This document shows positions 23,501 to 25,499 of a DNA stretch of 25,499 bases, one piece after another. The position numbers and the translations under genes were made by a program. Origin of the DNA: a virus (Duplodnaviria; Caudoviricetes); IMG/VR virus record IMGVR_UViG_3300038829_000041, positions 1 to 25,499 of that record. The stretch is one strand, 5' to 3'. Position 1 is the stretch's first letter. Each line of letters starts with the position of its first letter. The notes beneath the pieces were generated by a model. That model saw nothing but the letters and a program-made list of their open reading frames with translations, did not search any database and had not been told where the DNA came from.

Positions 23501-24461
23501 AGGTCTCTACATCAGGGATGCCAGTCGTATAGACATCTCGGCCAGTCTGTTGCAGGCTCTCGATGGGTGCACCGGGCGGGAGGCCCTGAGTAGAACGAGC
23601 AACTTGACTCCGCACGACAGCAGTGCTATCAGCTTGCTCTGTGGCGATCAACTCTCCGGGCGTCGTCGCGCTCTGACGTGGCACCTTGGCATCTAGCGGT
23701 TGTCCGATAGACTCAAGCGCCTTGCCGGGCACAGGCTTCTCTAGCAAGCCAACTGCCCTCAAGCCCTTGCGGGCCAGAAGCGCCGCTGCAACTGCCCCTG
23801 CGACACCAAGACCATAATCTACTGAATTCCATCCACGCGCAGGAGCCTCTGTTTCTACCAACCCCGGCGCCGCTGGCGCTTCAGCCTCTTCTTCCACAAG
23901 GCCCTTTGGGGGGCTGCTAGCAGGGACAACCGCAGGACTTGTGGCCGCTTGTGTGGGGGGCTGATTGCCGACCACGCGCGCCTCTGGCGCAGGCTCTAGT
24001 ACTTCACCGAGACCAATCGACGCACCTACGCTGGGAGCAAGACCGAAGCCAATCCGTTTCGGCAGGCCCACTCCGGTCCATAGATAGCTAAGTGGATCAA
24101 CTAGCGCGGCTCCGCCATGTTCGCCTGCGCGCTCGTAGGCAGTCTTCGGGCCATCTGGTAGTCCTGCGGTGCGTCTAGACCACTGTTTCTGTTCCTCGGC
24201 CTTCTTCGTCAGAATCTCCGCGATGGACATCTGCGTTTTAGCGTCGATGTGCGCTGGCACAAATGAAGAGCCCAAGGCCAACAGCGCCCCGAGGTTCAGA
24301 TACGAACTAGGCAAACCTAAAGCCCCTGCGGCTGTTGACTTAGCCAACCGCCCAGGAGTTTCTTTGCCAGATAGAAGTCTGTGTGCTAGCTCGGGGCCAA
24401 TACGAGCCGGATCAGTGGGAAGCTCATCCGGCTCAGCCTCTACCGGGACGAGCTTGGTCAT
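20454..24461 (-). CDS. Large (1335 aa) probable internal virion / DNA ejection protein
   Basis: Long A/G/P-rich helical ORF with hydrophobic GxxxG/A segments and no enzyme motif recognised. ATGA-coupled to the upstream gene. Confidence 0.65.
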   Translation of the reverse strand: MTKLVPVEAEPDELPTDPARIGPELAHRLLSGKETPGRLAKSTAAGALGLPSSYLNLGALLALGSSFVPAHIDAKTQMSIAEILTKKAEEQKQWSRRTAGLPDGPKTAYERAGEHGGAALVDPLSYLWTGVGLPKRIGFGLAPSVGASIGLGEVLEPAPEARVVGNQPPTQAATSPAVVPASSPPKGLVEEEAEAPAAPGLVETEAPARGWNSVDYGLGVAGAVAAALLARKGLRAVGLLEKPVPGKALESIGQPLDAKVPRQSATTPGELIATEQADSTAVVRSQVARSTQGLPPGAPIESLQQTGRDVYTTGIPDVETFGSRQLLLPNNAPTIPAAPFAPGTTIAQAVKDTDALIPRSTPAQVGLRMSHGFETGQIDIAGGTRSFQIIPPKKQLTDWAMAGPDVAKNVDEALGLGRALDAAEKGSAPILTRLFGPKQTTQTAAGVPVPHPFPGKVDPAMLAQQQARYTQLMADPKVYEIVTGIQGNLRAMIQNAVHAGIPQSKVNQFLKANPRFVPIQEQGKEARNPNLLGRMDRFFRELGEVDPHMKDSMAKFDDFMTATKVHGQGVQNPASFADTYQRYFATYYYAMERNHAKRSAFYFIRNSRDPLIAQSFSVYRKGDKGAPATTNWFWDGEALMGVHFKDPLMNTAFKLNPHDIKWQTAHKMKQGFQQGTTGLLNPTWLFLKGVFFDHGFGAALRPAGSKDFGGISGILTAGRGRISIDPTKVAHNLLAGMGRTLAAKGKLAIAEAAEQALARNLGPMWSKWYEAAKGPGSVKRLAQTMRDAYVDSTYAWAKREGVVGQTQFFERNLAMNTSRLEQMVPAWSKLGYPVDKMHSIYMFYKNLMESAAQSYKIQYMHYNRARPGVAKEAADLLGTFTRRGIGKGIEGTPLLREAHDLSQQAGNVAARAFGGRYAREAGQALMDSIPYYNVFIQATNKLAKRMASPSGASGLLQSAILPAVAAQLYMSYDKELSDWYRQLPGQYRASTLFMPLPFMQHRPVHERVLAIPIAPEFGILHAVTSYAMAEFLGTNTSYQQDDIRDSISQWLNVPFIGGAGMPPLVVAFGALGGLDLRGSRVQSFEGSAGFGPNPLSLDSLTRKERSTGAGFAARPGAALPAEMEGFMQGLFGTVASFAIGGLDSWTQAARRKEDPGLATITHLGNETLRKMPVYKPIHGFHAEQAMSNMKRRLGEKGQLIDRISNTAEALMRGGRTSIQRPAENYLQPEQLQSFMRDPVYMQRILAVKRVFELDPALKRVQGDRNILRRELESLGGQRPLTRELQQKINVLRARELGLSERLYDLVKAKEQRLGFRLEDVDPARVLSKPPGTGPR

Positions 24462-25105
24462 TGAGCATTTTTCCAGAACATCGGGCGCCCATTAGGGCCG
24501 ATCTTTTGTTTCCCATCGGGGCCGATGACGGGATCGCCTGCTTTGGGGCCACTAGGCGCTGCGGCCTTTGGCGCTGCCTGCGGAGGCGCCCCAGGAACAC
24601 CGACCTTGCGTTTTGATTTCTGTGTGATCGTTGTGGGCGTTGAACCTGGAGTTCCTACAGGAACGCGTTCTCCCGCAGCATTAATAGCTCCTTCAGTGAC
24701 CACAGACTCGGTGTCATCGCCGAGATTGATCGAGCCACTCGGCTTACGATTGCGTGCGATGACGGACTCAGGGAAGCCACGGACGGACGGCGGGAGGTCG
24801 ATGCCATAGGCTTTGAGTGCTTGATTCAGCCCGACAGAAGGATCATCTTGGCGCTCTAGCACCGACGCCTGCGAGACATAATGCAGCGCATCCTTATCGC
24901 GATCTTGCTTCATCTTACGCATGGCAAGAAGCGTCTTGATGGCGTTAGTCTGATTCGCCATCTCTTCGACACGACCACGACCCGCGATACGATCAAGGCC
25001 GTACGCGCCAATCAAGAATGGCCGGTCTAACTTAGCCGCTGCAACTTCTGCTTGATTAGGCTCGAAGAGACCCGCTAGCCCAGCAGGAACACCGATTTCA
25101 GCCAT
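24458..25105 (-). CDS. Probable internal virion protein (215 aa)
   Basis: Coupled on both sides (TAATG, ATGA). Low-complexity P/A/K linker with a short Trp-containing C-terminal motif. Confidence 0.65.
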   Translation of the reverse strand: MAEIGVPAGLAGLFEPNQAEVAAAKLDRPFLIGAYGLDRIAGRGRVEEMANQTNAIKTLLAMRKMKQDRDKDALHYVSQASVLERQDDPSVGLNQALKAYGIDLPPSVRGFPESVIARNRKPSGSINLGDDTESVVTEGAINAAGERVPVGTPGSTPTTITQKSKRKVGVPGAPPQAAPKAAAPSGPKAGDPVIGPDGKQKIGPNGRPMFWKNAQ

Positions 25106-25499
25106 TAGTACCCCGCTGTATATCCGCCAGAGGTAGCGCCTTTACCCCCAACTTCGTATGTGTTATTGTTCTTCTTACGAAGGTTATCGTATAGCAATCC
25201 ACCGAAGAGCCCGGCATCTGCAAGCTGGCTATAGGGATTCGATGTGGCGCCAGGGATCAACTTGCTAGCAGCGAACATAGCCGTAGCAGGATCAAACTTG
25301 CCAGCCGCAGCCTGCGCGCCCATTGGACTCACACCGGGCTCGGTCACAGGCACCGGGGCAAAGGGCTGGATAGAAGGCTGCCCGCTGATGAGGCTCAATG
25401 CGTCCCCGCGCAGTCGTTGATCTTCACTAGACCGCAGGTTTTCTCCAGCGGTACGACCCTGGAGCATCCCTTGTGTGATGGCGTCTTGTGTGCTTCGAC
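25105..25499 (-). CDS. C-terminal part of a probable internal virion protein, start likely beyond the window
   Basis: The frame is open upstream of the ATG at 25467 to the edge (...RSTQDAITQG-MLQG...). G/A/S-rich composition. Confidence 0.6.
   Translation of the reverse strand, partial: RSTQDAITQGMLQGRTAGENLRSSEDQRLRGDALSLISGQPSIQPFAPVPVTEPGVSPMGAQAAAGKFDPATAMFAASKLIPGATSNPYSQLADAGLFGGLLYDNLRKKNNNTYEVGGKGATSGGYTAGY

Noticed and set aside
20454-24461. Virion RNA polymerase or lytic transglycosylase identity for the 1335-aa protein
   Set aside because: No DxDGD or other recognisable catalytic motif found by eye.

Overview
This window is a fragment of an uncharacterised tailed dsDNA phage or prophage genome, most likely short-tailed (podovirus-like). 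No host genes are evident. From left to right it contains: (1) a leftward gene running off the left edge, missed by the ORF track, with its own sigma70-type promoter; (2) a structured non-coding control region with divergent promoters; (3) a rightward morphogenesis module with terminase small and large subunits (separated by three virion-like genes), portal, scaffold, major capsid, decoration protein, a strong terminator, adaptor, P22 gp10-like nozzle, small fibre parts and a glycine-rich fibre; (4) a lysis cassette with a GH108-like endolysin and a 3-TM holin, followed by a lipoprotein trypsin-like protease; (5) a nucleotide-metabolism trio (RNase H-like exonuclease with Zn ribbon, NDT/DNPH1-like glycosidase, DUF6378-like protein); (6) a convergent minus-strand block of probable internal virion (ejection) proteins running off the right edge. 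The most notable signal read directly from the DNA is a set of near-consensus sigma70 promoters, three of them buried inside coding sequences (scaffold, pre-endolysin membrane gene, protease), each placed just before a functional sub-module. Family assignments come from recalled motifs and gene order, not from database searches.
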